Origin: Rhina ancylostomus
Taxonomy: Eukaryota
Assembly: GCA_030265395.1 (NCBI GenBank)
Contig: JARFYF010000057.1
Location: 18,160,408 to 18,224,407 of the forward strand
Direction: 5' to 3'
DNA length: 64,000 nt
In this document: positions 36,125 through 49,525 of the stretch, one piece after another
How the letters are laid out: every line of letters begins with the position of its first letter
Position numbering within the stretch: position 1 is the first letter of the stretch
Translations under genes and position numbers: made by a program
The notes under the pieces: model-generated
What the model was told of the DNA's origin: nothing
The model's database searches: none
What the model saw: the letters and a program-made list of their open reading frames with translations, nothing else

Positions 36125-37105
36125 CTTCCAGACTCCTTCCATTACCTCTCTCTGCCTGACTGAATTCATGCTTCCATCAGACGGTTTCTTCATTAACTCC
36201 ACTCACCTTCTCCAAGTTGATATGTAACTATGGGAACTCCCGTGGATCCAAGCTATGCTTGTCTCTTCTTTGGATGCATGGAACAGTCCCATTTAGGTTC
36301 CTTCCTGCAACTCTACTTTTACATTACATTGATGACTATATTGGTACTGCCTCTTGTATGCACAGAAAACTTGAAAATTTCATTACTTTAGCTGCCAGTT
36401 TCTACCCTCTACTAACTTTCACATGATCCAGATCTGACTCTTCCCATTTTGGACATCACTGTCTCTATCTCAGAAGACAGGTTAGTGATCAATATCCATT
36501 GTAAATCTACCAACTCCCACAGATGACTCAAATACACCTGTTTCCCATAAGAACTCCATTCCGCTCTCCCAATTTCCCTTTCTCTGTTACATCTACACCG
36601 ATGAAGAGCCTTTTCGCACAGGTACTCTAAGAAGTCTTCCTTTCTCCATTACCATGGCTTTCCATCAATAGTTGACATGTCCCATCAGCATTTCCTCCAC
36701 TTCCTGGACTCCTGCTCTCATTCTCCCTCCTCCAGCAGAACACAGTTAGGGTACCTCTGGTCATCACTACCCTGCCCACCTCCCCCCACCCCACATCCAC
36801 CAGCCTCTATATTCAAAAGATCATCCACAGTAACTTCTACCACCACTGAAGGGATTTCATCATCTCCCCTTCCCCTCCCTTTCCAGCTTTCTGAAGGGAC
36901 TGTTCCCTTCCTGGCTCCCTGGTCCACTCCTTCAACTACAACAACCACTCCTCAACTTGCTGTAAGTTCCACATAACGTGGCCAATGCAACACCCATCCT
37001 TTTACCTCTTCTCACCATCCAGAGACCTAACAAGTCCTCCTGAGAGAAGCAGTAATTTACTTTCTAGTGCATTGCATTCAGTGCTCATGATGTGGTCTCC
37101 TCTGT
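36125..37105 (+). mobile_element. Penelope-like element, decayed RT and GIY-YIG start
   Basis: ORF 36217-36426 has HYIDDYIGTASC..LENFITLAASFYPLLTFT (YIDD RT motif). The distal tgcattcagtgctcatgatgtggtctcctc resembles CIxCxxCGLLY preceding the GIY-YIG domain. A decayed inverted terminal repeat lies at ~35820-35930. Confidence 0.8.
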
Positions 37106-39634
37106 GAGAGATTTCTTCAGTCAAAATTTTCAAATATGTTGAGGCCTCTGACCCAGGGTCCCTCTGGATGTATGGTTGGAAAATATATCCAAGAAGGCAC
37201 CTTGGTCAGTATGAATGAGTTGAGGTGAAGGGCCTATTTCCATGCTGTATAACTCTATGACTTTAAGACAGATATTCAGTCAAGGATTTTGACACTAAGG
37301 GAAATAAAAGACATGGATGTGTACATGGAAGGTTTGAGGGAGAGGAACACCTTTGACATCGAATAGCAGAACAGGCTCAATGGGCTGAATGGCCTGTGAT
37401 ATTTCTGTTCACGACATGCTAATTTTACAGGTGTGTTCTTCAAATCCCCTCCTTTTAGAAAAGTCTTCCACATTTAACTGTCCCCTAATCATTTGGCTTC
37501 ATTAAACATTATCTTTTTCTGCTAAAGTTATTAGATCCTTCCACCCATGTTTATTACCTTAGCCAACAACGTCCCACGTTCTTCATTCATGCTTGATGTC
37601 ATTACTGCCACTTATTTCCTTGCACAAGTAGTTCTTATACATAACACCCAGCCACTAAAACCAGGAGATAAACCCTGTTTTGTCCCGGTACGCTTCAAAG
37701 CCATCCTGTTATCTTGGAAAGCTGGCTGCTTCAGGATTTTGAAGTTCAACCATTAACCCTTAACTCTCCAGCATGTCTGACAGGCAGCTCCCCAGTTTAT
37801 CCAGCAAGCAATGATCATTAAGTTATTGAATGTGAAGTGTTTATAATCATTCTGAGATGAGAAAGGGCTGAGTGAATGCTGAACATGTTTTATATAAATA
37901 TTTGGTCTCAACTGTTTCTATTTCCTTTCGTCCTCTTGTAGCTCATTCTTGTCCTTCTCACCATTCTCCAGGGTCTCCTTCAGCCTGACAACCGTAATCC
38001 TGACGGGGACACCCAAAACATTTGTTTATATTTTTCCCTCATCTGAAGCATGGTTACCACTGCTTTGGTCTAATATGCTGAATGGGGTGAAATTCTTAAC
38101 CATCAGTGGTGAATGGATGAGGGGTGTTTGAAGGAGTCTTGTTACTTTTCCCGCCAAACCCATCCCCAATCTACTCAGCCACAAATTTAAATAGCAGTCA
38201 TTAAAGCCACGTGATCTTTCAATGCACAGATTGGGCTCTAGCACTCATGCTAACCTCTAGGCCCAATTCAAAGCTAGCCCTGGCCCTCCCAGTCTAAACT
38301 CGATTGGGACAAGGCCCAAGGGTCCAGAAGAAGCCATGCAAGTTATTTTGAAGCAGCAATTTGTCCTTTGTTGTTGGCACCTAATGTTCAAGGTGATAAT
38401 GCCTGCACATTGCACTCCACTACTAAAATTTGGTTGCAATGAAATCAATAAAAATAAACTGGAGAAGTGGAAGTTCAATGCACATCTGTTAAGACATTGG
38501 GTATTTAGCATATATAACAGAGGATGCATTTCTACTTCAATGTTTCATTGTTTGCTGTTTCTCAAGGGCTTGGAAGCGATCAAGGAGAAAAACCCCTTCA
38601 GCTCCATGAACATAAGAACATAAGGAATAGAAGTGAGTGTGGGCCATTTGGTCACTTTACCTACTCTGTCATTGAACAAGATCATGACTGATCTTTTTAC
38701 GTCACTGCCNNNNTCCCGAACCAACTCCATGTTCCTTAATTCCCTCAATTTCTAAATCTCCATCTTGAATAAATGAAATGACTGAGCCTTCCCTACCCTC
38801 TTAGTCAGAGAAATCCAAGATTCATCATCTTCCCTCCATGCAGGCTTCCCCTAATTTGCCCAGACAGAAATCTCTTCCCCACTCAATCTCCAACCACCCC
38901 ACCCCACAGTCCCCCATCCAGAAAGACCCTGTCCACTTACTGGAAAACTGACTACCTCTCTCTCAGCTGATTTTTATATCCAGTATAGCCTTATGGTCTG
39001 CAGGTTGGACAGTGGCGAGATAATAAGGCTCTGCTGTAAAAATCAGATGGGCCTCTCAGACAACCTGGCCCATTAGGTCATGGTCCTGTCTGTGGGTTAC
39101 CAACTCTTTGCCACAGCTTGCACGAAGTTGGATGAGGCAGGGTTGCTAATGATCTAGGATAGTCCTGATGGTTCCAAGAATTCCAGGAGAGAAAACAAAG
39201 ATAGTTTAAAAGGTATTTTTTATATTTTATTTAAACTTTTATATCTGTTAATTATTGAATGTTGGAGAAGTGGCTCTTTAACCAATAGAATCACCCAGTC
39301 AGTTGATTAAATTTGTTTGCTTTCCATTTGGTGTGGGAAGGGGGTTTGGCATTAGAATGACTTGTCAAGTGTCCAATAGTGTCAGCCTGCAGTCAGAATG
39401 TTTGGAGGTCTTGTGTTACTTTATCAGGGGAGTCAAGGGTTATGATGACCAAGCAGGAATGTGGAACTTGGGCTAAGATCAGATGAGTCTGATCAGGATT
39501 GGGTTGTTTAATTTGGGGCAAAGGAGACTATGGAGAGAATTAATCAAGGATTTTAAAACTATGAGAAACCTAGATAGATCTCCTTCACGGAGAGGCCAAT
39601 ATCAAGGGGAGATAGATTTAAGGTACTTGGTAGG

Positions 39635-39915
39635 AGTGTAGTACAGCAGTTAGTGTAATGCTATTACAGTGCCAGTGACCCAGATTCAATTCCGACTGTA
39701 AGGAGTTTGTATATTCTCCCCATATCTGCGTGGGTTTCCTCCGGGTGCTCCGTTTTCCTCCCACATTCCAAAGATGTATGGGTTAGGAAGTTGTGGACGT
39801 GCTATATTGGCGCCAGAAGCATGGGGACACTTGCTGGCTGCCTGCAGAACACTCTACTCAAAAAGATGCATTTTGCTGTGTGTTTCAATGTACGTGCGAC
39901 TAGTAAAGATGTCTA
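39635..39915 (+). mobile_element. tRNA-derived SINE inserted in a CR1 tail
   Basis: gtgtagtacagcagttagtgtaatgctattacagtgccagtgacccagattcaattcc...aaagatgcattttgctgtgtgtttcaatgtac. Confidence 0.88.
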
Positions 39916-40169
39916 AGGATCTGGACCTTTCTACCTGAAAGAGCAGTGGAGGCAGATACACTCATTCACTTAAATAGTATCTTGGTGAGCATTTGATGAC
40001 CAAATCCTTCAGGGGAATGAACGTGGAAGGTGGAGTTACCCTCAATAGCTAATTCCTAGGTATTATAATATAGTGGGTTGAATGGCCTTGTTTTGTACCA
40101 TAAATTAGAATTTTTTCTATGATTTAACTTTCAGAAATACCTCTGACCAGATTTGGCAACCCCGTACGT

Positions 40170-41145
40170 TTGGCTTTTCTGATTGGAAGTCTGTGCTTTT
40201 TTGACTGGAATTCTGTGATCAGTGGGGTACCGCAGGAATCAGTGCTGGAACCCTTGTTGTCTATGATATATATTAATGACGTGGATGTGAATGTAGGAGG
40301 AATGATTAGTAGGTTTGTAGATGACATGAAAGTTGGTGGTGTGGATGGTGAGGAAGGTTGCCTAAGTCTGCAGCAGGATATAGATCAGATGGAAAGTTGG
40401 GCAGAGCATTGCCAAATGGGATTTAATCTCAACAAGTGTGAGGTGATGCATTTTGAGAAGTCATATAGGTGTAGGGCATATACAGTAAATGGTAGGGAAC
40501 TAAGGAAAGTTGATAAACAGAGGGATCTTGGGTTCAAGTCCATAGTTCCCTGGAAGTGGCAACAAAGGTGGATAAGGTGGTGAAGCAGACATGGCATGCT
40601 TGCCTTCACATATTGGGGCATAGAATATAAAAGCTGGGATGTCTTGTTGCAGCCTTACAAGATGCTGGGTACACCGCATTTGGAGAATTGTGAGCAGTTC
40701 TGCTCATCACACGATAGGAAGGAAGTGGTTGCATTGGAGAGGGTGCAGAGGAAATTCACTAGGATGTTGCCTGGATTGGCGGGCTTTAGTTATGGGGAAA
40801 GATTAGATAGGCCGGCTTGTTTTCCCTGGAGTGGGGTGACCTAATAGATGTATATAAGATTATGAGGCATAGATAAGATAGAATCTTTTTCCCATGATAC
40901 AGGTAGCAAAAACAGAAGCAGGCAGAGGTTTTTTACACAGTGAGTGGTTGAGATCTGCCAGAGAAGGCAGTGGGATCAGATACAATTGCTACATTTAAGA
41001 AACATTAAGACAGTCATTTGAATAGCAAGGCATAGAAGGATATGGACCTAATGTGAGCAAATGGGATTGGTATAGATGGGCAAAATACTCAGCATGGACA
41101 TGTTAGGCCAAACTGTCCGTTTCTGTGCTGTACAGCTCTATGACT
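40170..41145 (+). mobile_element. CR1 LINE, RT domain to 3' tail (frameshifted)
   Basis: SGVPQESVLEPLL..IYINDVD...ISRFVDDMKVGG...LQQDID...FNLNKCEVMHF; LERVQRKFTRMLPGL..FSYGERL. Confidence 0.95.
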
Positions 41146-41377
41146 ATTGGCAAAACTAGCCCCCTTAAAAAAAAGACCTGTGTTAATGCAGTGAGTCTCA
41201 TAATATCAAGTTGCTCCAAAAATAGCAACAACTTCCATTTAGTTAGTACAGTTAATGCGACAAAGCTTCCCAAGGGTCTTTATAGGAGTGTAATCAAACA
41301 AAAATTACACTGAACCACCCAAAGATACATGTGAGTAGCTGACCAGAGCCTCTGTTGTGGAAGGAGGTTTTAAGGAG

Positions 41378-41495
41378 ACACAAAAAACTAACCATGCCAG
41401 AACCTGGAGCAAAAACAAACTGCTGGAGGAACTCAGCGGAACAAGCAGCATCTGTGGAGGCAGAGGGATAGTCGACATTTCAGGTCGAGACCTAC
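41378..41495 (-). mobile_element. Second-subfamily Penelope-type repeat, hammerhead truncated
   Basis: The - strand reads aggtctcgacctGAAAtgtcgactatccctctgcctccacagatgctgc...ctgagttcctccagcag. Confidence 0.65.
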
Positions 41496-43519
41496 TTTTG
41501 AGGAGTGTCATATAGGAAGAGGAGTTTTGGGAATTTCGGAGCACATGGTCTTGGTAACTGATGGCAGGGCTGCTAATGGTAGTGGTTTCATTCAGGGATA
41601 ATTGGATGAGCACGGAGACCGAGGAGGGATTACAGAAGAACAGACGGGGAGAGAGCCTTGTAATCAAAGCAATTTGCAGACAATAAAGCCTTTTTGAAAT
41701 GGGAAAGGAGAAGCCTATGCCTTCAGAGGAAAGAGGAAGAACAGAACAGACAGAACAATGTTATTTTAAGCAGGCAGGACAAAAAAGCCAATTGAGAGTA
41801 GGTGCTCTTTGAAGAAATGTAGCAGAATAAAACCCTCTGCTCCTCTCTCCCTTTGACAATGATGAGTTTTGTCTTGCTTAACATTCATAAAACCACCCAA
41901 GTCTAATTCTGTAAGGTGACCTATGGTTTCCAAACTCAGCTCCTGATGCAGATACATAAATACTTGATTATCTTGTGTGACAGTAGCTGGCGTTGCTTAT
42001 GTGCATTGTGACACTTCCACTCGGATGCTGTCACAAACAATAAGCATTTTTTTTTACTTTTTAGCACCTTCAAGAAGCTCTTAGCAACGTTTTATTTGCA
42101 GTAAGGCCTTAGTGTATTCCTGTGAGCTGTAAGCAGCCTCTGCTATGATGGTTGACAAGATGTTAAAGGACTTGAGCAGTCCTGGGTGGGAAGTTAGGTG
42201 TCATGTATGTTTTACTCACCGAATTCCTTTCATCTTTATTTAGTTAGACGTAGCTTATATCCCTGCCACATGCACAGTGAGTGGGCCTTTCCAACTTTCT
42301 GAGCTATGGATAACTTACCGCAGTGATGGCTTCATCCACTCAGAATTAATGCTACATGCAGCTCAGCTAAGAAGCAGTAGAGGGCAACAATGAATTCTGT
42401 TTAGAATCATGGTAGTGGCTTGAATGGCATCTATGGCTCAGTGGGAAGCAATCCCAGTTCTGTGCCAGCAGGCTGTGGTTTTCTGTTGCGCTCCTGAGAC
42501 TTGAGCACCCTATTTAGGTTGATGTTGCACTTCAACATTGATGGAGATGTCTTTCAGACAAGACCTCCTTTCTTCTCTTAGGAGCATATAAAACACCAAC
42601 CACTGGAAAGCAGGTTACCTGGTGCCATTTCTCTCAATGCTATGTACTTAAACATCAGTTTAACCTGAAGTAAGTCATCATTGTGACCATTTTCCAGTTG
42701 ACTAGGTCCTTCTTATTGTGAGTCATCTTTGTGATCCTGTTGTAACCTCTGCTTCATGAATGCATGTGATGACTCTAATCCTTAAATGCACTATACGGAC
42801 ATTGTGGGGGAACTTGGATCACTTTATCCAGGGAAACCTTTTGTAGGGCACTCCCTGGATAACATGGACTTAAAGCGGCAGACCTCACTTGGAAGGCCAT
42901 CCAGTAGGTGAAAGACTTATCTAGCAANNNNNNNNNNNNNNNNNNNNNNNNNNNNNNNNNNCCCAGCTCCCCATCACAGTGCTGCTGCTGACACCAATCC
43001 TTCACCTTCTGTCGTCAGCTTCCTTCTCTCATCTCCCTGCTAACTCAACAATGATGCCAGCCTCCCTGATCTCCTCCCACCCACTGCTGTTGCCAGCTTC
43101 CCCGATCTCAACCCCTCTACACTCAAATACTCACCAGTCTCCCCTTCCCCCAACTCCCAAACGTTAGCATGAATGCCCCTCACCCCCTCCATTCCTTACC
43201 ACACAGAGCCCTTCCAACAGACAAACACAGCACCAACCCCAGTAAGTACAGCTAAGGAGCCATCTCACTGGCCACAAGCCCAGTCAGACCAATGATCAAG
43301 CCTTGAAATGAGCCTTGAGAAAGTAGGAGAGGACATGACGTTATACAGTGGGAAATTGGACAGAGGCAAGGAACTTATCGTTGAGCCCTGGAACCTCATT
43401 TACACTTTAATGCATTGGGACACTGGCCAAAGTGGTTGTTCCTCCTTTGTATCAATATCGTTCCAGCACATTGGATGGTCTACACAAGAGTCACAGGAAG
43501 CCACTTGGCCCAATATGTG

Positions 43520-43716
43520 AAAGAAAATCAAAAAGCTGCAGATGCTGGAAGTCTGAAATAAAAAACTGAAAATGCTGGAAACACTCAGCAGGTCAGGCAA
43601 CATCGGTGGAGACAGAAACAGAGTTAATGTTCCAGGTCAATGACCTTTCATCAGAGCACCAATCTAAAGCATTAACTCTGTTTTTCCTCATTGCAGTTGC
43701 TGCCTGACCTGCTGGT
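43520..43716. mobile_element. Penelope-type terminal repeat (-) with a partial inverted copy (+)
   Basis: - strand core CTGATGA(43654-48)-aaggtc-att-gacct-GGAA-cattaactctg; + copy cattaactctgttttt...gctgcctgacctgctg from ~43670. Confidence 0.75.
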
Positions 43717-44239
43717 TATCCAAGTGGCAGTGAGTTCTACATTTGAACTATCACGGGGTATATATCCTAAATTTATGACCCCTTGTTGTGGACTCCCATA
43801 CAAGTGAAACACATCTCCATGTGCAGTTTGTAAAACCCTTTCAGAAAGACCTCTATCAACTCAGCTCTCCAGCTTTTTCTCTGTCAAGGAGCCCCTTCCC
43901 CACCCCTCAGCCTGAGACTGTTATAACCTCTCAACACCATAAGGTAAATCCTTTGTGCATTTTCATATTCCATTGATAGGCAGACCCTTTAGTAGAGTGA
44001 GTCTATTTTGTCCTTGATGGTCAGAAGAGAATCTGTTTGGCTCTCCCACAGTTGTGGTTCATAGATCTGCAAGTAATGGCTCTTAGTGCTCGTTGAATTA
44101 CTTATGAAGTGCAGTGGAGGTTTCTGTCTCCACCATCCTTTCAGCCAGTGAGCTCCAGGCTACTGATACTTTGTGGGCTCTGGAGGGAAGGTTTGTCCTC
44201 TGCCTAGCGGCTTCACCAATTCAGAAACTTTCAGAGGTC

Positions 44240-45760
44240 TTTGCCCCACTATTCAGTATGATCATGGCTGATCTATGCTGGTCTCAACTCCTCTTCTGTG
44301 CCATTTCTCCACACCTCTTTATACCTTGACCTATCAAATATTTATCCACCTCAACTTTAAATATTTTTAATGATCCAGCTTCCACTACCCGCCAGGCCAG
44401 AGAGTTCCAGAGATTCACCACCCTCTGCTCGAAGAAATTTCTATGCACCTTCGTTTTAAATGACCAGCACCTTAGTTATGTCCCCTTGTTTAAAACTTTC
44501 CCACTAGTGAAAACATCCCAACATCCGTCCTGTCAAGCCCTCTTAGGATCTTTTATGTTTGAATGAGGTCATCCTTCATTTTCTCAAACTCCAAAGAATA
44601 CAGGCTCCAACTATTTAGACTCTATTGATATGACACCCCTCTCAGCCCAGCAGTTAGCCTGATGAATCTGCTCTGTACTACCTCCAAGGTTACCGTATCT
44701 TTTGGTAGGTATGGGGACCAAAAGAGTATGCAGTAATCCAGGTGAGGTCTCACCAACACCCCATACAATTGCAACAAAACCTCCCTATTTTTAAACTCCA
44801 ACCCCTGTGTAATGAAGGTCAAAATGCCATTTGCCTTCTTATCTACTTAGACATGCCTGCTAGCTTTTTGTGATTCATGCTCTGGAACACTTAGATCCCG
44901 CTGTACTCACTCATTTGCAGTCCCTCTCCATTTAGATAAAAATCTGCCTTTTCATTTCTCTTACTGAAGTGCATGACCTCACACTTCCTCACCTTAAACT
45001 CCATTTGCTAGTCTTTTGCCCATTCATTAAGCCATCTATATCCTGTTGCAGAATCACAATCCTTATCATGACGTGCCCTTCCATCTATTTTTGTATCATC
45101 TGCAAATTTGTAACCTTTACATACTGTTTCTTTCGCCAGGTCATGAATGTAAATAGTGAACAATTGTGGGCCAAGAACTGATCCCTGCAGTACTCCACCA
45201 GTTACCTCCAGTTTTAGTTACCAGCTAGTTTTTATTCCATTCTAGTTCACTTCCTCCAATATCATGAACTTTTAATTTATGCACCAGCCTCTTATGTGGC
45301 ACCTTGTGAAATGTGTTTTAGAAATCTAAATACACTACATCTACAGGTTCCCCTCTATCAACTCTCCCTGTTACATCTTTATAGAATTTAAGCAAATTTG
45401 GCAGATGTGATTTACCTTTAATAAAATCTTCTTGACCATATTTAATTATATATCAGCTTTCCTAAGTGATTAGTTAATTTCTCTTTGATTATTGACTCTA
45501 ACATCTTGCCAGCAATAGCTGTTAAACTAACTGACCTCTATTCCCCTGCCTTCTGCCTTTCTCCTTTTTTGAACAAGGGAGTCACATTGGCTGTTTTTCA
45601 ATCTTATGGTACCCTCCCAGAATTTAGCAAGTCTTGAAAATTTTCAATCAATGGGTCCAGTACCTCTGCATGCATTTTCTTTAAAACCCTAGTGTGCAGT
45701 CCATTGCGTCCTGCTGACTTGTCTGCCTTTAGCCTCCTGAGTTTCTCCAGTTCTTTATCT
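44240..45760 (-). mobile_element. CR1 LINE, ~1.5 kb of RT and 3' end
   Basis: LKADKSAGRNGLHTRVLK; GLEFKNREVLLQLYGVLVRPHLDYCILFWSPY..KD...LEVVQSRF. Confidence 0.95.
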
Positions 45761-46074
45761 CTTGTAATTGGGAATTTTGTAAGTTCTGCCATGTTATTTG
45801 AAATTAGCCTGTGTGATATCTTAGTGATATTAACCTTTTCCACAACACACTTAGCAAAGAGTAGAGAAAACAAATTACAGGAATTTCTTCCAGTGAAAGC
45901 ACTAATTTCTCCAGAGAAATGCAGTGAGTGGAGAATTATTACTCATAAACTCCTTGCATAGAATTTATTGCAGTCAGTGGAGGCCCCAAGTTAGGTTGAC
46001 AGGGAGATTACCCAATCATCTCCATGCTGGCTAATTGGATGGTCCCCACTAAAAGCAGTGAAACAGAGTAAGAT

Positions 46075-46200
46075 ATAAACATTCAGCAGGTCAGGCAATG
46101 TCTGTGGTAAGTGAAACGGAATTGGCATTTCAGGTCAATGACTTCTTGTCCAGCCAATGAAGAGTCAGCAACCTGAAACGTTAATTATTCCTCTTCTGTT
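46075..46200. mobile_element. Inverted pair of decayed Penelope-type repeats
   Basis: cagcaggtcaggcaatgtctgtgg...tttcaggtcaatgac then gaagagtcagcaacctGAAACGTTaa. Confidence 0.6.
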
Positions 46201-48502
46201 AAAACCAAAAAGCCCAGAGTCCTCTCCCCAGATCTCACTGCCTTTGTCTTTTCCTCCAAGTTGCTACTCAAAATCTATTTCTTTAGCCAACTGCTTGGTC
46301 ACTCCTTTGTGTCAATGCTATATTTTGTTTGTTTGCAACCCTATGGAGCAATCTGCTGTGAACAATTTTCAGTGATATAGTGTCTTTTAGGTGGTAAACA
46401 ACCTCTAGGTACTTCACAGGAGCCTCATCAAACAAAATCTGACACCATGCCACATAAGGAGATATTGGTCCGAACCTTGCTGTCTATGGTCAGCAGTTCC
46501 AAGTGTGTTCAAACCTTCAAACTGAAGTTTGGACTTAACATGCACACGCTGGGACTTACAGATGGAATTAGAAGGTCAATCTGTCAATTTGCTCCACAAT
46601 TGGTGTTCCCACGAAGTCCAGTATCACTTGTCTTTAAAATCATGCAGCCTCATATCCCCTGTCATTTCAACCCATGGCATTTAAGTCACAGATTCCCATA
46701 TTCCACTGTCATTGACTTGGAATTGACTCATCCCTGAATTGAGTTAACAGCACCATTCTGTTCAGCTCCATTATCTTCCACAGTTATGAATTATTTCTGG
46801 AAAATTCTTTAGCATGTACTCAATAGGTGTGCAACATGCTGCCAGTTATCACATAATGTCAGGATAATCCTAATTGATGAGGCTGGTTCACGAGACTTCT
46901 TGATGTCTTCTTCCTCCAAACCATCACCCCTGCCTGTGTTACTGCCGGGCTAATATAATTTAGGGTTTCTTCAACGTACGGCTGAGGTTGCCTGGTTGCG
47001 TCTCCCTGATCTTCTTTCTTTATATCTTTTACATTTTTCCACCTTGGTGGCATTCTGCACTGTGGTGAACATTAAGGATTCAAAGTTGAAACCCTCTTGG
47101 GTGCAATCCCAATCAGTCCTCTTCATTAATAGTGTATGTGCTCTGTTTTGGAATGAAGAATTTGTATTTAAGTGAAATCCCCCAACTCTGTCTCCTGACA
47201 TTAGTGACATTGGAATAGAAATAATGTAGATCTTATGATAAGAGAGGAGCCTTAGCTCATTGTAACTTGGCTTTGTGATCTTTTTCTTCTCATTCCCTTT
47301 CACCAATGACACAGATCCTTCCACTGACAGGCACGATGCTATTAGTTTACTTGGTGAATGATGATAGCAGGATCAGCAGTCAGAAAGATTCCCAGAACCA
47401 TGATGTGAACACTCCTGTTGTGGCCCCAGGCTTGTCTTGATGCAGTACGACAGAAAGAGAATGAAAAACCACATAGACACATTTGCCGCATTGTATTATT
47501 CGTGAATATATTGGGATACTATTAGAGAAAGGTTTATTGTTGTCAGTGTTTTGTTTTGGTGATTTCACTCTTTTTTCACAGTTCACAAGTTCACAAGATA
47601 AAAGCAAATGAAAAAGACCATGCTGTCTATCCAAATAAGTCCATGGTCCCGAAATCATAGCATCCAACTGTCTGACTTCTGCATTCCTTGAGATACCACG
47701 AGTAATGTAGTGAGCAAGCGATAGGTTGAATTGTCTATGAAAATATGATGGGTTTGCTGAGATTACTGGCTTTTCTCTGCAATAGACAATTCACCTGTTC
47801 AGTACATATTAGAATGATTCTAGAATTATTGTGTGGTTGAATTGGAAGGGTCAGAGCAGTTAAAGCTTTCCTCAGAACCTCTTGTTTCTTTTCCATCTGC
47901 ACGCAGCAATTGGTACCAGAACATAATAATAATTTCCAGATACAGGGAATTCCCTCAAGCATTTTTCAGATCTGCCCTCTAAACTTGAGCAGAAGCCCCA
48001 ACGAAAAGAGGGTTATTCCAATCTCACAACAACTGAGCAGGACAAACACTGCAAAAGCACTGGTGAGGATTTTCTGCAAGTATAGAGCCCACTACCTAAC
48101 TCGAGCCTGATAGGACGTGACTACATGCATTGGGTTAGGGTCAAGACAGGCATGAAATAATTATAAATTCTTGGACTCAGGCTGAGCCAGGATGGATAGG
48201 CTCTATACTTTCCAATGGTTTAAGAAACTAACCAGATTTTTGCAAGCGTCTTGTCCTGCCTGCAATGCCAGACAGAGTGGATGTATGCCCTCTGAATAAC
48301 AGCATTTATGACAATGGTGGGATTGAGTTGGGTATGGANNNNNNNNNNNNNNNNNNNNNNNNNNGGAATGGATTGGCCACAGTCAGGTCGGATTTTAATT
48401 TTATATCCAAATAGATCATGACTATAAAGGGAGCCATAATTTATGGGGATTGGGCAGAAAAATAGAACTGAGGTCAAGGTCAGATCACTTCAGATCAATC
48501 AG

Positions 48503-48545
48503 ATCATTCAATCAGATCACCCCACTTGTGATCTGATTGAATGAT
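48503..48545. repeat. Perfect 18-bp inverted repeat with a 7-nt loop inside a CR1 tail
   Basis: atcattcaatcagatcac-cccactt-gtgatctgattgaatgat. Confidence 0.95.
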
Positions 48546-48929
48546 GGACCAGGGTTGAGGGGCTGAATAGCCTCCTCCTCCTCCAATTTCTTAGGCTCTT
48601 ATGATCACTAATTTGACAACCTTTTTTTCCCAAGACTACATATTAAGATTGATGGAGCAGACAGAAAATGTCACACTGATGCCGGAAGCCATGCCTTACA
48701 GAGGATGGAAATTTGTTTGAATAGATTTGAGTAGAGTTGAACTCTAACTTGAACTTGATCTAGAAGTGTTTGATGTTTGTGTAACCTGGAAGTGAGAAAT
48801 GTTTAACCCCACCCCCACCTTACCCCACCCTGCCTCCCGACTAATATCCTTTACTTTGCAGAGCTCAAAATTAACAAATGATCATAGCCCCACTGAAACA
48901 ACGTTACCCCAGCTGCAAGCTCTGCACTT

Positions 48930-48959
48930 TACTAAATGATATATTTTTTGTTTCAGAAG
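48930..48959 (+). promoter_or_regulatory. Branch point, pyrimidine tract and tandem NAGNAG 3' splice site
   Basis: TACTAAAT (48930-37) resembles the TACTAAC branch consensus; followed by a T-rich tract and CAG/AAG (48954-59). Confidence 0.7.
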
Positions 48960-49085
48960 ACAGAAAATTATTTGTGGGCATGTTAAACAAGCAGCAAACA
49001 GAGGACGATGTGTACAGACTCTTTGAATCTTTCGGTGTCATAGAGGAATGCACAGTTCTACGAGGACCTGATGGTAACAGTAAAG
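48957..49085 (+). CDS. CELF5: CELF-family (Bruno-like) RNA-binding protein, internal exon encoding the first part of RRM2
   Basis: Acceptor tttttgtttcAG at 48955-56, donor GTGAG at 49086. 129 bp, phase 1-1, translating (E)[42 protein letters not shown](G). This is the RRM2 exon of CELF3-6 (RNP2 LFVGML). FGVI and CTVLRG favour CELF5. Confidence 0.92.
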
Positions 49086-49149
49086 GTGAGACCACTCTTT
49101 CTCCTCTCAGTTTAAAGTGATACCAGAGCTGAGAAGTTTATAGTCAGGA

Positions 49150-49440
49150 GGGATGGATCACACTGGGGCTGCCTTATCTGGAAGAGGTTTGTTCAGGAAA
49201 ACATAAAGGCAATGTCATTTTTTGTGCTGGGGTGAGAAGATCCTTTGGGGGCCATAACTATGAAGTGGTCACTAATAGACCCAACAGAGAACTCAGAAGA
49301 AATGCCTTTTCTGGGGCATTGTTGGAATATTGGAATCTATTACCACAGAGGATGGTTGGGACAAATAGAATTGTAATATTTAAAGGGAAGCTAGGTAGAT
49401 ACTGGAGGTACTGATGGGGTACGATGAAGTGAAGTGTGAG
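49150..49440 (+). mobile_element. CR1 3' fragment inside the 440-bp intron
   Basis: GHNYEVVTNRPNRELRRNAFS..LLEYWNLLPQRMV......FKGKLGRY. Confidence 0.75.
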
Positions 49441-49525
49441 GAAGATCTTGTGGAGCATTTGGGCTTATTGTTGTAACATTTAATGTAATTCTCTGTCCTC
49501 CCCACCCCTCTTATTTTCCATTTAG

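Noticed and set aside
40170-40844. ORFs with reverse-transcriptase motifs as functional genes
   Set aside because: Frameshifted, 5'-truncated CR1 ORF2 with altered motifs (GVPQES, FVDD).
48878-49120. Single-exon 80-aa ORF covering the RRM exon
   Set aside because: CELF similarity is confined to 48957-49085 between canonical splice sites; the flanks are intronic read-through.
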